A program made the position numbers and the translations under genes. 64,000 bases of DNA from Saccostrea cucullata (taxonomy: Eukaryota), in NCBI RefSeq assembly GCF_032062105.1, contig NW_026932596.1, positions 124,001-188,000 on the forward strand, given 5' to 3'. Positions 23,871-37,714 of the stretch are shown here, one piece after another (position 1 is the first letter of the stretch; each line of letters begins with the position of its first letter). The notes beneath the pieces were generated by a model. It searched no databases and had not been told where the DNA came from. It saw only the letters and a list, made by a program, of their open reading frames with translations.

Positions 23871-25924
23871 ATTGTTTTCATGTGTTTTTGGACTTAAAAA
23901 TTCTTACAATGTCTTAGATCTTTCTAAAATATGACCGATGGAAAAATTAATTCCGTTCTCTTTATTTTCTTCAAAATCTTTTTTTAATTTCTCTACGCTT
24001 ATATGCAACTGTGTTGTTAGGCACAGAAAAAATACCCTGGCCACCAAAATTTGGACTGCCCTTGAAAGAAATCTGCTTAACTTTACTTGGTGCAATAACC
24101 ATTGCTAGTCATTTATTTGGATATATGTACATGTTCTAATGGATCTCTCTAAATACTCGAAAACTAATAAAACATGTTTAGAGCACTTGATTCTCTTTAT
24201 TATCGGCCGCAGCAGCGGCCGATCTATTTGTGATTGTGTTAGGAAGTGAACATGGGGAAATGAGACTTTATTAAGTTTTTTTACTTCAATAAAATATTTC
24301 GTAAATAATAACAAGTAAAAATCATGAGTAAGATAATTTAAAATTTTGCTTAAACTAACTTTAAAGTATTAAATTTTGTTTTTATATTTCAATTTCATTA
24401 TAATTTCTCGTCAGATTATTGATAATTTATGGTCATATAAAAAGAGTTTACATTAGATACTCCCCAGCCCGGGAGTGTGTAATTTATGAAAAGAAATCGT
24501 CATGATTTTCCGGATAATGATGATATGATTCAAGTGCATGGTGAATAAAATAGAGGAGTTTTTCAACTACTAATAAAATTGTTTTGAATTTACTCTTCAT
24601 CTTCAAACGACACAAAGATTTTTTTTTGACATTTTACAGCGCGACTTGCAGCAAAGCCTACTCTGCAGAAACCATAGGCATTATCACGTAATAAAGATCA
24701 AAGGTATCGAGGCTCGGGTAGCAGCACGTGGCTCATCTTCACAGGCCTACATCGTAATGAACATATTTTTTTTTACATCTATAAATCTCTTTATGAGCAA
24801 ATGCGGTAAAATGTCTATTTATTTCATATTTTTAAATAATTTTTTTTTGCTTTGAAGACATATGAAATGAAAAAAAAATGATTCAACTATTTCAACTTTG
24901 AATATCTTGACGTGCTTTCCTTGCATGTAAACGATTTTTTTAAAATGCTAAATATATTTGTTTGCGGCCGATTCGATGCTTTGCATCAATTTAACTTGTC
25001 ATACATGTAATATATAAAATAACACCTTTTCTTTGATTCCACATTTTTTATTATTAAATCTGATTTTCTGTTATAAATAAAGTGCATCTATGTTTTTTTT
25101 TTTCATTTATCAAGCACTTTAATCTTCTATTAAAAAAAAAATAGACCGTCACCACATTTATCTCGTGGTTTTCTCAAAGGCTTTTGTAAGAAAATATCTG
25201 ATAGAAATATTGTTAATTCTTTTTTCTTTGTCAAAATTCTACAAAATGCTAAGATGAGTTAATGCTTAGTATCTTAACGATGTATTTCCATGTAAATTAA
25301 GTAATTTCAGATAGTATGTGGCACATAACGTCGATATTTTATAGTGTCCCCAAGAATGTCAATCTGCCACATTAATTGTATTATTTAAACTCTCCTTTAT
25401 TTCTTATGATTTATAGTATCCATCCGAAAAGTATACAACATTAAAAATAACTTTTTTCCACATATAAAATCATATCATAAATATGATTTCTACAACGATT
25501 TATGTAAAATGCAAAGTTTTTACATACGCTGTTATTTTCTTGACAGAGATAATTTATTAATAAACAGTTTTCCACTCAGTGTAGTGACCATGCTATTACA
25601 AAGTTAACATAATTTTTTTTTGCGAAGATGATAGGAAAATTCATGGGGTTTTCTGTATTTAAGACCTCTTTATCAGATCTTTTCGACTGTGAAAAATAAA
25701 ATTAAATGCCTCCCCATTTACTATGATATACTCCAGGTTGCATTACTTATTGAATGACCCTCGTGTGAATGAACAAAAATTCTCCATTGCTGATGACAAC
25801 TTAGTTATGTAGCCAAAACATATTACAGTACAAAGAAAACTACTTCCATTCAAATGATGTCTGAGGCATTCTCGATACTCTAGCGTCCATTTGACAAGGC
25901 ACCCAGCCGACATTCAACGCATTA

Positions 25925-26095
25925 AATACAAGGAGTATAGAGCTGGTGTGACTGGTCGGCAAGGGATGCTTACTCCTCTATGGTACCTGATTCGACCTCT
26001 GATGTTTTTCATGTCCTTGTTTGCTCTGCTCCTGTTCTGAATTGTTTTACGGACTTTTGATCTGGAATACTGTTCGTTATCTCCATTTGTTTATT
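25925..26095 (+). mobile_element. Penelope-like 3' fragment
   Basis: ggtgtgactggtcggcaagggatgcttactcctctatggtacctgat...tactgttcgttatctccat; reverse complement of the 10595-10770 copy. Confidence 0.6.
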
Positions 26096-26439
26096 CATCC
26101 ACAACATGCAAATAATTTGGATTCGGGGCCTTTCGATATATTAGGTTAGATAGAAAATGTTAATTAAGGCTGAAAATGTCAAAGAATACTTCCTTATCTT
26201 GGAGTTCGGTTATTATAAATACCGAGCTATAGTTATTGTACATGTCAAAATGCATACAAACTCAATAAATATACTCTACACTTAAAAGTTTTGATTATAA
26301 TTTTAAATGCTATTGTGCTAGACAGACATGTAACTACAAGGATACATGCATGTATTGTCACAAGAATCACCCCAGAATTCATTGTTGTTCAAACATTACA
26401 GCTCAACGTCATCAAGTGGTAGGCAAAATTTTAAAAATT

Positions 26440-27330
26440 TTATTAGATCCAGTCTGATCAGCCTTCCCAAGTCAAAAAAGACGGGGATTGTAGGTCTATA
26501 ACAAATCTTTAAACCCCTAGAGGGAATATAGTGTAAATGATTTTATTAACCTTGTATTATGCTGTGTATCAAATGTATTTTTGCCCAGTTTGTTGAAATG
26601 ATGCAAAAGTTGGGTAAAGATGCTTTGATCTGTAGGATGGATTTGTCAAGTTCTTCTCGGTTTTTGCCAGTACATGTACATTCCTCAGTATTTTTGTCTT
26701 TTAGGTATTTGTGTTTAAGATAAATTCTATATAGATAAGTGCACACCATTTGGCGGTTCAATAGCAGGCGCCACATATGAAAAATTCTAATTAATATACA
26801 TGTTTATGGATTGTCAGTCGTGAGAATCTAACTAGAATATTTCAACATACTTGTCAGGATAAAGGAATTAATTCAGATGAAACTGAAGATACAATCACTC
26901 ATTGAATATTTTTGGTCTAGGTAATAAGTATCCCTCAAGTCAAACCATATTCATTCCAGATCACAATTGTAAAGAGTAAAAACTCGCTCTGCTATTTATT
27001 GTCAATTTCAAGAGGTTATCCTAAAGCATGTACATTATCTTCATGGGTCACTGATTTTTGTGGTAAAGCTTAACCAGGAAGAAGGGTATTCATCTAATTT
27101 TTTTTTTTTACAGCGCAGCTATAGCCAATAAGATTTTTAAAGATTAATTTGGACACAAAACTGCAAAACACATTGCTTCGATCGACGTTTTAGAGACAAA
27201 CAATGGGCAAATCCCTTTCCATGCTCTAGTTTGGTTATCAAATGAAAGTTTTAATCCTGTAACAGATACAGTGTAGTCGTGGCTCTGGTCCTGGTGGTGC
27301 CTTCTTCAATAACTATTGAATTGTTTATTA
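26440..27330 (+). pseudogene. Highly decayed DIRS/Ngaro-type RT-RNase H relic
   Basis: Remnant FVEMMQKLGKDALICRMDLSSSSRFLPV parallels LGKG..KMDLKCAFRLLPV of the 59.6-kb element; a TD..G.GAFFNN RNase H-like remnant lies near 27.27-27.31 kb. Confidence 0.55.
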
Positions 27331-27629
27331 ATTAGTATAGAGTCTACTGACACGGCCTCTTCTAAAAATTGAATGTACATGTGTCCTACATTTTACATAA
27401 GAAATGTTCCTTTTAATATGCATTCGATGAAATCTATTATTTGTGGGAGGAGGATATCAAAATTGAGTTCGCTAAATTGATATTCTAGCAGCAGATTTGA
27501 AGGATGGGTAATTCTAAAGTTAAGCCATGGACGAAATGTCAGTTTAATAAGTGTTTAATTAAGTATGCTAAGAAGCTTCTACTTACATATACAAGTATTT
27601 TTAATCCGCTATAATGAATTTAATAGTCA

Positions 27630-27870
27630 AATATATGGTGGCATATTTCTGCCCCCAACATGCAAGATAAATTATGTAGACATGCAACATATTTATGCCA
27701 GCATGCAAGTTAATATATTATGGTGACATGCAATTTATCAATCTAAAAAGAAAATTTAATTTAAATATATGTCAGATGCGAGCGTTAGTAAGTAAATTTA
27801 ACATTATTTAAATTATATTTCTTTTTAGATTGGTAACTTGTATGTCAACATAATTGACATGCATGTTGTT
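27630..27870. repeat. Interspersed repeat with internal gacatgcaa(g)ataa motifs, partly inverted
   Basis: Repeated acatgcaag/gacatgcaa units; atctaaaaagaaaatttaattta is inverted to taaattatatttctttttagat. Confidence 0.4.
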
Positions 27871-28219
27871 TTACCTCCGTTTATAATTATTAAGAGTAGT
27901 TATATAAGTAGTTAGTTGAATATCACTGAGTTTGCCACCTTCTGTCTAAAAAAGCTTTTTTGTTATTTGAAAAAAACCCATATATGAATTTCAGGATATG
28001 CCATCAATGTTTCAAGAATATAATACCTTCTGGATTTATTTATACCCCTTATTGTTTCGTTATTTTCTGGGTCTCAAAATAATTTGAGATATATTTTTTT
28101 CAGTGGATTTCTCAAATAATTTTTCATCCGCCCTATGCTAAAAAATGTGTGTATTCCATTCTTACATGTATATTTATATTTACAATCATTTTCCGTAGAT
28201 TATATGATTCAGTAAAATA

Positions 28220-28428
28220 CTGTAGAATACATAATTTTGTGGGGTCATATTTTCGTAAGTTGAGTAAACATTCTTGGTTTGTGAAGATTTAAATTCATAG
28301 ATGAAGATTTTGTAAGTAATTATGTACTAAGTAACATTATACATTTCGTGGTGCACATGAATTCATGTTTCTCATTATACCTCGAAAACAACAAAAATTA
28401 AACTCCCTCGAAAAATTGTGATTCACAA
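28220..28428. mobile_element. Degenerate TA-MITE of the same class as 2748 and 23372
   Basis: TA|ctgtagaatacataatttt ... aaaattgtgattcacaa|TA. Confidence 0.5.
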
Positions 28429-29510
28429 TAATTTTCTATTTCTCAATTAATGTATCATGGAAATACACTGTAAGACAGGAAATGTAATATTCTTTCTGTT
28501 ACAGTGAAACAACAACTGAACTTCTTACTTTATAAATTACATAGTCAAAATCAAAACACTCGGTCATTTTTGTAAATAAATTTCCATGAAATATGTTTCT
28601 GGTGTGAAAAATTGTGTGAATAATGGCACCCATTTTTTCTGAATTTCCTTTGACGTTATGTAATGACATACAGTCTTTTCCTCTTGAAATACCATTTTCG
28701 TTTTTCTGGAGTGCAATTTATACAAATTTCTCAGGGGTCAAAATACTTTATTCATGCTATTTATGAAACGTCAATGAATTCGTAATTTTTTTTTCAGATC
28801 TATTCAGATTTTGAACATTCAAATGCAGACGCCAGACGAACTTATATTTACATCGTCTCTCACTTAATACAATGTCATTCAAATTATCTTGGAATACATG
28901 CTTAAAGTGTAAATATAAGTATATTAGATAATTTTTTAAAAAAAATGACAGGGTTTAAAAGTTCACTTGGAAATGAACTTGCATGGTGGTAAGTGAAGAA
29001 CTGAGCTGAGAAACCATGGTTTCATAAAAAAAATGGAGACAACGATCAGTATTCAAGCTTAGGTGCTCATTTCGCAACAAGGCCTACGACTAGTCATAAG
29101 CTTAGTCCGAACTAAATCAGTGACTAGACCCGAGAATCGGACTAGTAGCGTTTCACAAAAAGGCGGAGACTTAGTCGAGAATAAATTTGGGTTTAAATCT
29201 AGGCCTGCTCGTGAGTAGGCATAAGTTCTTAGTCTGTACACAACTTGGAAAAAAGGCATATGTTTTTAACATAAAGAATTAAAAAAATTATTATTTTATA
29301 CGTATACAGAACAGAACAGAACAGAACATTTTATTTCTAATTTAGAGCCCATAACAGACAAGTATGAAATTGTTACAATAATAAGGAAAAGATAAGCCAA
29401 TGAATAGCAAAACAATTATACAATTAGCAGTTGACATAAATCATTTCAACAATAATCCTGTCTAAAAGGAATACATCAAATATGCATGTATGTGTAAAAG
29501 ACTAATGGTA

Positions 29511-32500
29511 CTATAACATGTTATCATTTATAAATTTGCCCACAAAATTAAGAGTTTCCTTATCTTCTGTATTGAGTAACCAATAAAGTTTTTGTTCATC
29601 AGCTGAAAATAGTGGAAATTTATGATTAATTAACTGAAACATTTCTTTTCTTTGATGATCAAATTTTTTACATGTTATTAAAAAATGAGTTTCATCATCT
29701 ATGTTGTTAGAATTACACTTATTACATAATCGATCTTCTCTAGGAATATTGGTAAAATTTCCCACTTCAATTTGTAATCTGTGACAGGAATTTCTTAATT
29801 TACATAAAGATTTTCTGTGATGGAAATTTTTAACAACTGATAAATAATTCTCATAACCCCAATTTTGTTTGAGTTTCACATATGTGGATAATTTGCCATC
29901 GGTGTTACTTTTATAACTTGTATACCATTTCTTCACATAATAATCTAATAAAATTTTAGGACAGAATGACTTAGATTTATATTTCCCATAACAAATAACT
30001 TCATCTTTAATATTCAGTAATTTTCTTAATTTCTGTATAAATGCAAACCATGAGTTCTTTCCATTCACAAAAAGCTTTTTATTACATTCATATGCATCTT
30101 TAAGTAAAGGAAATTCTATGGACAAATTCTCAAATCTATACCAACTTTTAATCAACAACCTGGCAATATCATAATGCAGGGGGAACCTTCCCAATTCAGA
30201 CAGTACTGCAAAATTTGTGCTTTTCTTATGAACGCCGAGAATATATTTATAGAATTTAAGGTGTATTCTTTCACAGGGTAGATTTTTAAAGCAGTCTTCA
30301 ACTGTTAAATTTTGGCAGTTTAGGAATTTTTTAGTATTTATATTACTTGCATCCCACACCTCTGCATTATACAAAAGAATTGGTTTAATGGTAGAGTCAA
30401 ATACATGTATACTGGTTTTAATCCCAGGGTTCAAATCAATAAAATCCTTTCTTAATTTATAATATGCTTTTAATGCTTTTTTATAAAGCTCTAATCTTGC
30501 TACATGAAAGCTTTCAGATACACTTAGGTGGACTCCAAGATATTTGTAGCTGTGCACACATTCTATCATATTATTTTGAAACATTAGTTTTTGTGTAATA
30601 TTACGACCAGCCTTATTAAAGATCATGACTTTTGTTTTTTGAATGTTTACCTTTAAACACCAATCAGAGCAATACTTTTCAAGTTTAGCGAGTCTTGCTT
30701 GTATACCTTTAGCTGATGAGGATAAAATAACAATGTCATCTGCATACATTAAACAATTAACAGTTTGTGTCTGAAGCGATACTTCATCAATACATGAATC
30801 TAAATATGAAGGAAAGTCATTGAAAAATATTTTAAATAAGGAGGGGCTCAAATTATCCCCTTGACGGACGCCTATAGCTATTTGAAATGGATCTGAGAAG
30901 AATCTCCCAATTTTCACACATGCTTGACTATTCTTATATATATTACTAATGATATTATAAAATTTAGATCCAACATTCATGTTAAGTAATTTTAGCTTTA
31001 ATCCTGTATGTATAACACTGTCAAAAGCTTTATGAAAGTCAACAAAACATGCATAGAGTCTTCCTTCTTTTGTGCTACAGTATTTATCAATTAGACATTT
31101 TAGAACAAATAGGTGATCAGATGTTCGAGCATTTTTGGTAAAACCCATTTGAGATTGATGAGTTAAATTATGTTCTTGAAGAAATTTATCTAGTCTAAAG
31201 TTCAAAACGCTGTTGAATAACTTGCCAAGAGTGCTGGTAATTGTGATACCCCTATAATTTGAAGGATTGTTTGGATCATCTGACTTAAAAATTGGACTTA
31301 TGTACCCATTACTCCAAGCTTGAGGATAAAAACCATATGTGAAACAGCTATTTAAAAGATTATGTATACAGGGAAGTAAATAAGATTGACTATGCTTCAA
31401 CATTTCATTAGATATCAAATCAAGTCCCTTGGCTTTTCCATATTTTAAATTTGCTATTGCATCAACAATTTCTTTATTTGTAATCATATAATCTAATTCA
31501 TTAAAGGATGGGTTATTCTCCATGTCAGCCAAAATTAAATCTATCTCTTGTATCCTAGAATTAAAGGAGTTATCACACACAGAGTGGAGATTGCGAAAAT
31601 GATTAACCCATGTTTCAGGATCTATGTTTGCTGCAGAATTATCTTTATTATCATCCTTTAGGTCATTGATTAATTTCCAATATTGTTTTGGTTGTTTATT
31701 TTGAAGTGCTTCAAGTTGATTTAGAATAGAGTTTTGGAAATTTTTACGCTTAAATTTTCTTAATTTATTGTACTCTCTATAAAGTTTATAATGATGATTC
31801 TTAACAAGTGGATCCTTAGGAAACATGCTATAAATTTTTCCATGTGCAATCAGTCTACAGCGCATTGTTTGCAAGTCTGAATCAAACCACTTTCTATTTT
31901 TATGCTTTTTAACATTCTTTCTGTTATGACTTGTCCTATTTAATGACATGTTAGCAGCAGTTATGATTATATCATTGAATTCTTCAGCCTTTTTCTCAAT
32001 ATTAGTAGATGTAGCTTCTGTAATAAAGGAATCTAAAAAAGACTTTTTTCTTGTATCTTATCTGAATTTAGAGCTAATTGAAATTTAATAGGGGAATCAT
32101 CATTCCATTTAAAATTTTGAGGGGCAGGGTGCAAGGTTTTGGTATTACATGTAGTAACATTTGAACTCTCCTGAAACTTTGCTAGAACTTCCCATGATAT
32201 ATTACAGTGACAATCAGAAAGAGTAGGAATAAAACTAGATACCCTGAAATATAAAATTTGTTTAGCTAAGTTTTCACTTGCAACAAGGTAGTCTACTGTG
32301 CTTTGACCATGCGTGTTAAAACATGTGTAATCACCAAAAAAATCCCCAATGCATCTACCATTTATAATTCTCATCTGATTACTAATACAAAAATCGATCA
32401 ATTCTTTTCCTCTTTCATTTAAAATGACATCACGGTTACTACGTTTACAAAAATCATTATCAACCTTGTAAGTTTTATACAGAGGAAGGTACCTTACATC

Positions 32501-33031
32501 ATCATGTACAATAAATTCATCTGATGCAGCAGTGCGTGCATTCATATCCCCACAGATCATTATTTCCCCCTTAGTCCTAAACTTATTAACATCTTTCTCA
32601 ATAATTTCAATAACATCATAATTTAATTTCTGAAAGTAGGTTGAATTTGAGGGTGGAATATAACATGCACAAAGATAAATGTCCTGTTGAAGATTAAAAA
32701 AACTGTTTTCAATTTTTATCCATTGAAAATCTTTCTGGGTACCTGGTAACAACTTGATATGTTCCTTAATACAATTTCTACGAAAAATATCAATTCCCCC
32801 ATAAAATCTTCCATTTGCAGACGTGTCCCTACATACAGGGAAGTATGAAAAACCATCAATAAAAAGATTTGTATTATACCCAACATGTGTTTCACCTAAT
32901 ATAATAAGATCATAGTTTTTTACCTTCTTCAAAAATAATTCATCATTTAGCTTATTTTCACCTTGTGTAAAAATTCCTCCAACATTCCAGTAACAAATTT
33001 TTATGCTGTGTTTATACATATACTTGTCCAT
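29511..33031 (-). CDS. LINE ORF2 (APE endonuclease, reverse transcriptase, C-terminal CCHC) with one frameshift near 32045
   Basis: APE motifs WNVGG, LGETH, GDMNAR, STVDY, SDHC; RT motifs NYRGIT, FVDFHKAFDS, GVRQGDNLSP, YADD, YKYLG; RLCNKC..DETHFLITC. One extra A in an A6 run joins 32033-33031 to 29511-31949. Confidence 0.92.
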
Positions 33032-33192
33032 ATTGGACTCTTAATTGTATACTACTGAATAAAGAATTATACAAATAAAGAAAATCAACTAAGTTATATA
33101 AATTCTAAGATTCTCTAGTTTCAGATGTAAAACAAGTTTTGATTTACAATTTCAAATATTTATCACCATTGTGTTGATGGCCCTTTCTATGT

Positions 33193-35283
33193 TCAGCGAA
33201 AATAGTTTGGACTTTGTTTAAATTTGCGGTTATAACTATTGCCCTGGTACCCATAATTCCAGCCCGGGTTGCCCTTGTAGTAATGGTCCCCGTTATTCGA
33301 CTGGAAATGCTTTTCCTGGTTGTAGTTGAATCTGTTTTGATATTTATTCGCATGTCCCTTAGAGACGGTGCTTATCTTTAATACGGTGTGAATTGCTCTC
33401 TTCATGTTGGACGCTAGAATGGATGTTCCCTTTGGAGACAGGTGAAATTTGTCCTTGGGATTCAGTAACTGAATTGTGGGTAGATATCCGTGCCACATGT
33501 TTTCGTTGTCAGAAATATGAACTCCAGGACACTCCATGTAGTCCCTCTTTATGATTCCATCCAGAATCTCACAGTTTACCTTGTGCAAGGAGTTGTCTTC
33601 TCTTGGAGTGGTTAGAGATATGATGGTGTTGACATCTTTCCACTTCTTTTTAATGACCTCAACCACACCCTTCTGTTTCTCAGCGCATTCTTCGGGACTA
33701 ACATTCCTAACATCGTTTGTTAAAGGATGGAGGACTACTACATCAGGTATGCAAAAAGAATTAATAATAACATCCTTTGTTTCATCCAGAGTATATGCTG
33801 TAAGTTTATCCTCTTTAATGCCATTCACATTGGAAGTACCTATCAATAACGCCATTGGTTTTCGATTCCTCTTGGCATTGGTTTCCAAATCTTTCGCCCT
33901 GCTGATTTCAATGTCCTTTTCGTTGCTTGTGAACATTCTGGAGAGCTGCGAGTTTAGGGACAAAATTTCATTGCAGTAGTCGTCAGCTTTTTTTCTGAGT
34001 GATCTATTATCATCCATGAGCTGATCATTTTCTTCATTTTTCGTGCTTAACTTTTCTGATAGGTGTTCATTTTCATGCTCCAAATTCTTGAGTTTTCTCC
34101 CCGTCTCATCCTTGGTTTTGTTTCTGCTGCTTGTAAACATGCTGGATAGCTGTGATTTTAGGGACAAAATCTCATTGAATTGTTCATCAGTTTTTTTTCT
34201 GAGTGATCTATTGTCATCCATGAGCTGATCATTTTCTTCATTTTTTGTGTTAAGCTTTTCTGACAGGTATTCGTTTTCATGTTTCAAATTCTTGAGTTCT
34301 CTTCTCAGTGTCTCATCTGTTGTGTTGTTTTTTGCTTTTTCTGTTTTTAGCTGAGATTCCAATCTTGCGATTTCTACTGTTTGATCCTTCAACTTCAGAG
34401 ATTTAATTGTATCTAACTCTGTCTGCAAATTATTTACGGATCTGGTCACTTTCTGTAAGGCGTCGGACAAGTTTTTCTCAATTTTTGACATTAGTGTTGC
34501 TTGTGTTTCAGTTAACTTGGTCAAAGATTCGACGAAAATAGATTGTACATGTAATTTATCAAAATCTTTGTAAGTCACTTTGGACTACAGTTATCAGTAT
34601 TTTTCTGGTTGTGACAAATCTTCTATCTGATCTTTCGGCATATGTTCATGTTCAAGAGTTTTTAATAAGGTTTCATGATCAGGGTCCTCTGCTTCTTCGT
34701 TTGATATCTCAGATTTTTCATAATGACAAATGGCATTCACAAGGGATAGAAGGATTGGGAAATCTTTTCTTGCGAAAATGTCGTAATGCAACCCTTGTGC
34801 TTGTATCACTCCAGTTGTAATAAATAGGGTGACCGTGTACATAAGTTGTGTGTCCTTTACTATACCAATACAAATTGCTTTGTTACTTTCAGCCACCCAG
34901 TCATTCGGTTCGTCATAGCAGTCTACTAGATATGATAAGGCCTCTAACTTCCCATAATGTTCATAATAGAATATTCCAAGAGCTCGTATCCATGCTTCTA
35001 ATCTCTCCCTAGTGATACATGTACGAAATGCTACCATGTGAGCCGCCTGATCATATAACGAGTTGTCGATCTTTTCAATTTCTAGTTTCTTTGCTTTAGG
35101 CCCTGATGGGTTTTTGAAGTTATCAGGTAAGCACTCTTGAGGGTATTCCTTGTAAATTACACTCACTGACAAATCCACCTTCGTTAGATCTATTTTGAAT
35201 AGTAAACTCACTACCACCGCCATTTTGACTTTGGTGCCATCCCTGTCATCTATATTGTTTATAAATTTGTCACTTTCACCCAT
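33193..35283 (-). CDS. LINE ORF1 (coiled coil plus SGNH esterase-like domain), locally disrupted at ~34579-34605
   Basis: Two same-frame ORFs; coiled coil with a 68-aa tandem duplication; LLIGTSNV...VVLHPLTND...DKFHLSPKG match SGNH blocks. Confidence 0.8.
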
Positions 35284-37714
35284 GTTCTATACTTCAATGT
35301 ACTGTTTGTAAATTAATTTGCAGCCTAAAATATCTGTATACCTTTGTACCAGTCTACATTCATACACTTCTATTCCATAGAAAGGGACAACAACGCTGGC
35401 TATTTTTTCATCAACCGTGCATCCAAAACCGGAACCGGAAATACGATATATACCCATTCATATACATGTACATGTACATTATTATATGACATGCAAACAA
35501 TCGTGAAAATTATTATACAGCATACTGTTTTATGTAAGAAATTAGAAAGGTAGTGATATCCATTGAAGATGCAGATTTTTTGCACAAAAGGTGGATTGAG
35601 CTAGAAATTTGTAACTACTTTGAATACAACTCTGGGAAAGATTTTTTAAAGAAGTGCCGGTATTTATATTTTAAATACAGGCAAGCAGAGGGGGCGGGGA
35701 GCAACCCTACCGTTTTTATTGCAGTAATGTGTTTTCTGTTTAAATAAAGCTGTAAAATTTATGGACTTTCACTTTCAGCATTTCTCTTTTCGGCGGAATA
35801 TTTTGATCACTCTGTTATTTGTACTTACCACCACCCCCCTCCCCTTCCCCATCAATTTTAAAAACCGATGCTACATGCTTTAGGTCCTGAATAAGTGTTG
35901 TTGTTTGAAATGGATAATGTTTGAATAAAACCCTCAAACGATATTCTTTGTTTATACTAGTATTTTAGATAATGAGAAATATTCATTAACTATGCCATCA
36001 ACCAGGTTAATGTACTTTTACTTAAGTTTATGTATTTTTAATTCTCTCTTTTAATTGCATTTAATTAAATACAATATTAATAGAACATAAAAATTTGAAT
36101 TTGTAAAATGTTCCAGTATTATAATTTAAGTATTCTGTCCTTAAGCGTGTTCATTCCTATTTCACTGGAGTCACTGTCGGGAGGTGAGATGCTTAGATGG
36201 GTCTATTATTTTTTTGTAAAGGTGGTTTTGATTAATTGATAATCTATCCCGTTTCTCGGACGAATTTTGCCTAAAGGGGTTTTACTGATAGACTTTTTAA
36301 CAGAAAAATAAGTTATTTTATATTTGAAACAAAACTACTCAAAAAATAATGATAATAATAAAGTGTATTAAAATGTTTTATTGTGAATGTTAATCGCAAC
36401 TTGTTAATATCTTTAAGTCTAGATTACATCTTCAAAAACATTCTTCATCTTAAAAAAAATGTATGAACATATCTTCAATAAAAAATGAAAAGGAATAGAT
36501 ATATTTAAGGAAAAGATGGTGATGTTGAAATTAGTACCTTTCCCGATCTAAATGAATCTGATTTGAAAATATTGTAAAGGAAAATGTATAAAAATTACTA
36601 GATTCCTTGCCTGTAATATGGTTTACAAGAATTATAGATTTAAATCCAATTAAACTTAAAAATTTGCAAGTCATCATTGATACTGCAAGTGTTTTATGTA
36701 CATGTAAGTGTTTTTACTTGGACCATGTAAATTATTACATGTATGTCGATATCAATGTAATACTATGTGTCCAAAATACAATACTAGTATTATAAATATA
36801 CACTGTAGGTACATGTTTCAGCTGAAATGCCTACAGGTATATGTCTAATTCGTATTGAATAAATGGATTATTATTATAAATTTAAGACAATTGATAATTT
36901 TTGTTAAAAATTCTCTTATCCATGATTTGATAATTATCATTTTGATAAGATTTCAAAATTGTTAAATTTTTTCACAGTAAATGTACGCCTATGGGTCGGA
37001 GGCTCCGTTACTTCACTCTCTCTTAACTAGAGAAAAACTTCCCTGAGATACTGGTCCCCCCCCCCCTCCTGACTTTCGAAAATATTGCTGCGAGACTGTT
37101 CAAGCCCCTTGCTATGTTTGGATTTTACTAGGAAAATTTCTATTTATTCCATAATATCGGGTATACACGTTTATATTTTGTAATCAGGTTCAACTGTGAT
37201 CCGCCACATGTTATTATCTCTAAACCAAATAGAATACGATCTGCGCATACTGAGTACACAATCGCAACTTCTCGGGTCTTTCCGACTAGCGGAAAAACGA
37301 CCTCGAATGTACAATGTATATGGTAGACGCCATTACAACCCTCCCTTTTCACGATCTTTAAAATAAATGCATGGAGACATTTTATCTGTGGCGTATGGAG
37401 TTTAACTTTATTCAATGTATTTATATTACCTTAAACATACTATAGATGGGACTTCTAACTCAGTCTATCCTATATTTGAACAAACGGGATATGTGTAAAT
37501 TTTAACATCCGGTGATGTTAATACATTCGAAGACCCGAGATGATGCGATTGACTTAGCACCTAGCGGAAAGGTCTTAGGCTATGGCCTAGTCTTACGCCG
37601 TTTTCTGAAACGTGATTTAGGCCCGTCAAAATTTTGGCGTAACTTTCTTAGTCGGACTAACTTAGGCCAAAATCTACGACTTTTTGAGAAACGAGCCCCA
37701 TAACTCTATTAAAC

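Larger units (their letters stand above)
29306..35441 (-). mobile_element. Near full-length non-LTR retrotransposon (RTEX-like LINE)
   Basis: ORF1 plus APE-RT-CCHC ORF2; 3' AATAAA followed by a (TTCTG)n tail at 29306-29328; 5' end approximate near ttccggttccgg; no clear TSD. Confidence 0.85.
29062..37699. mobile_element. Probable PIF/Harbinger-type element hosting the LINE
   Basis: Left ggtgctcatttcgcaacaag vs reverse complement of right ggggctcgtttctcaaaaag (16/20); subterminal ttagtccg(a)actaa motifs at both ends; flanks TTA/ATA. Confidence 0.55.

Noticed and set aside
24202-24223. GC-rich palindrome atcggccgc-agca-gcggccgat
   Set aside because: Resembles a Helitron terminal hairpin, but no matching other end was found.
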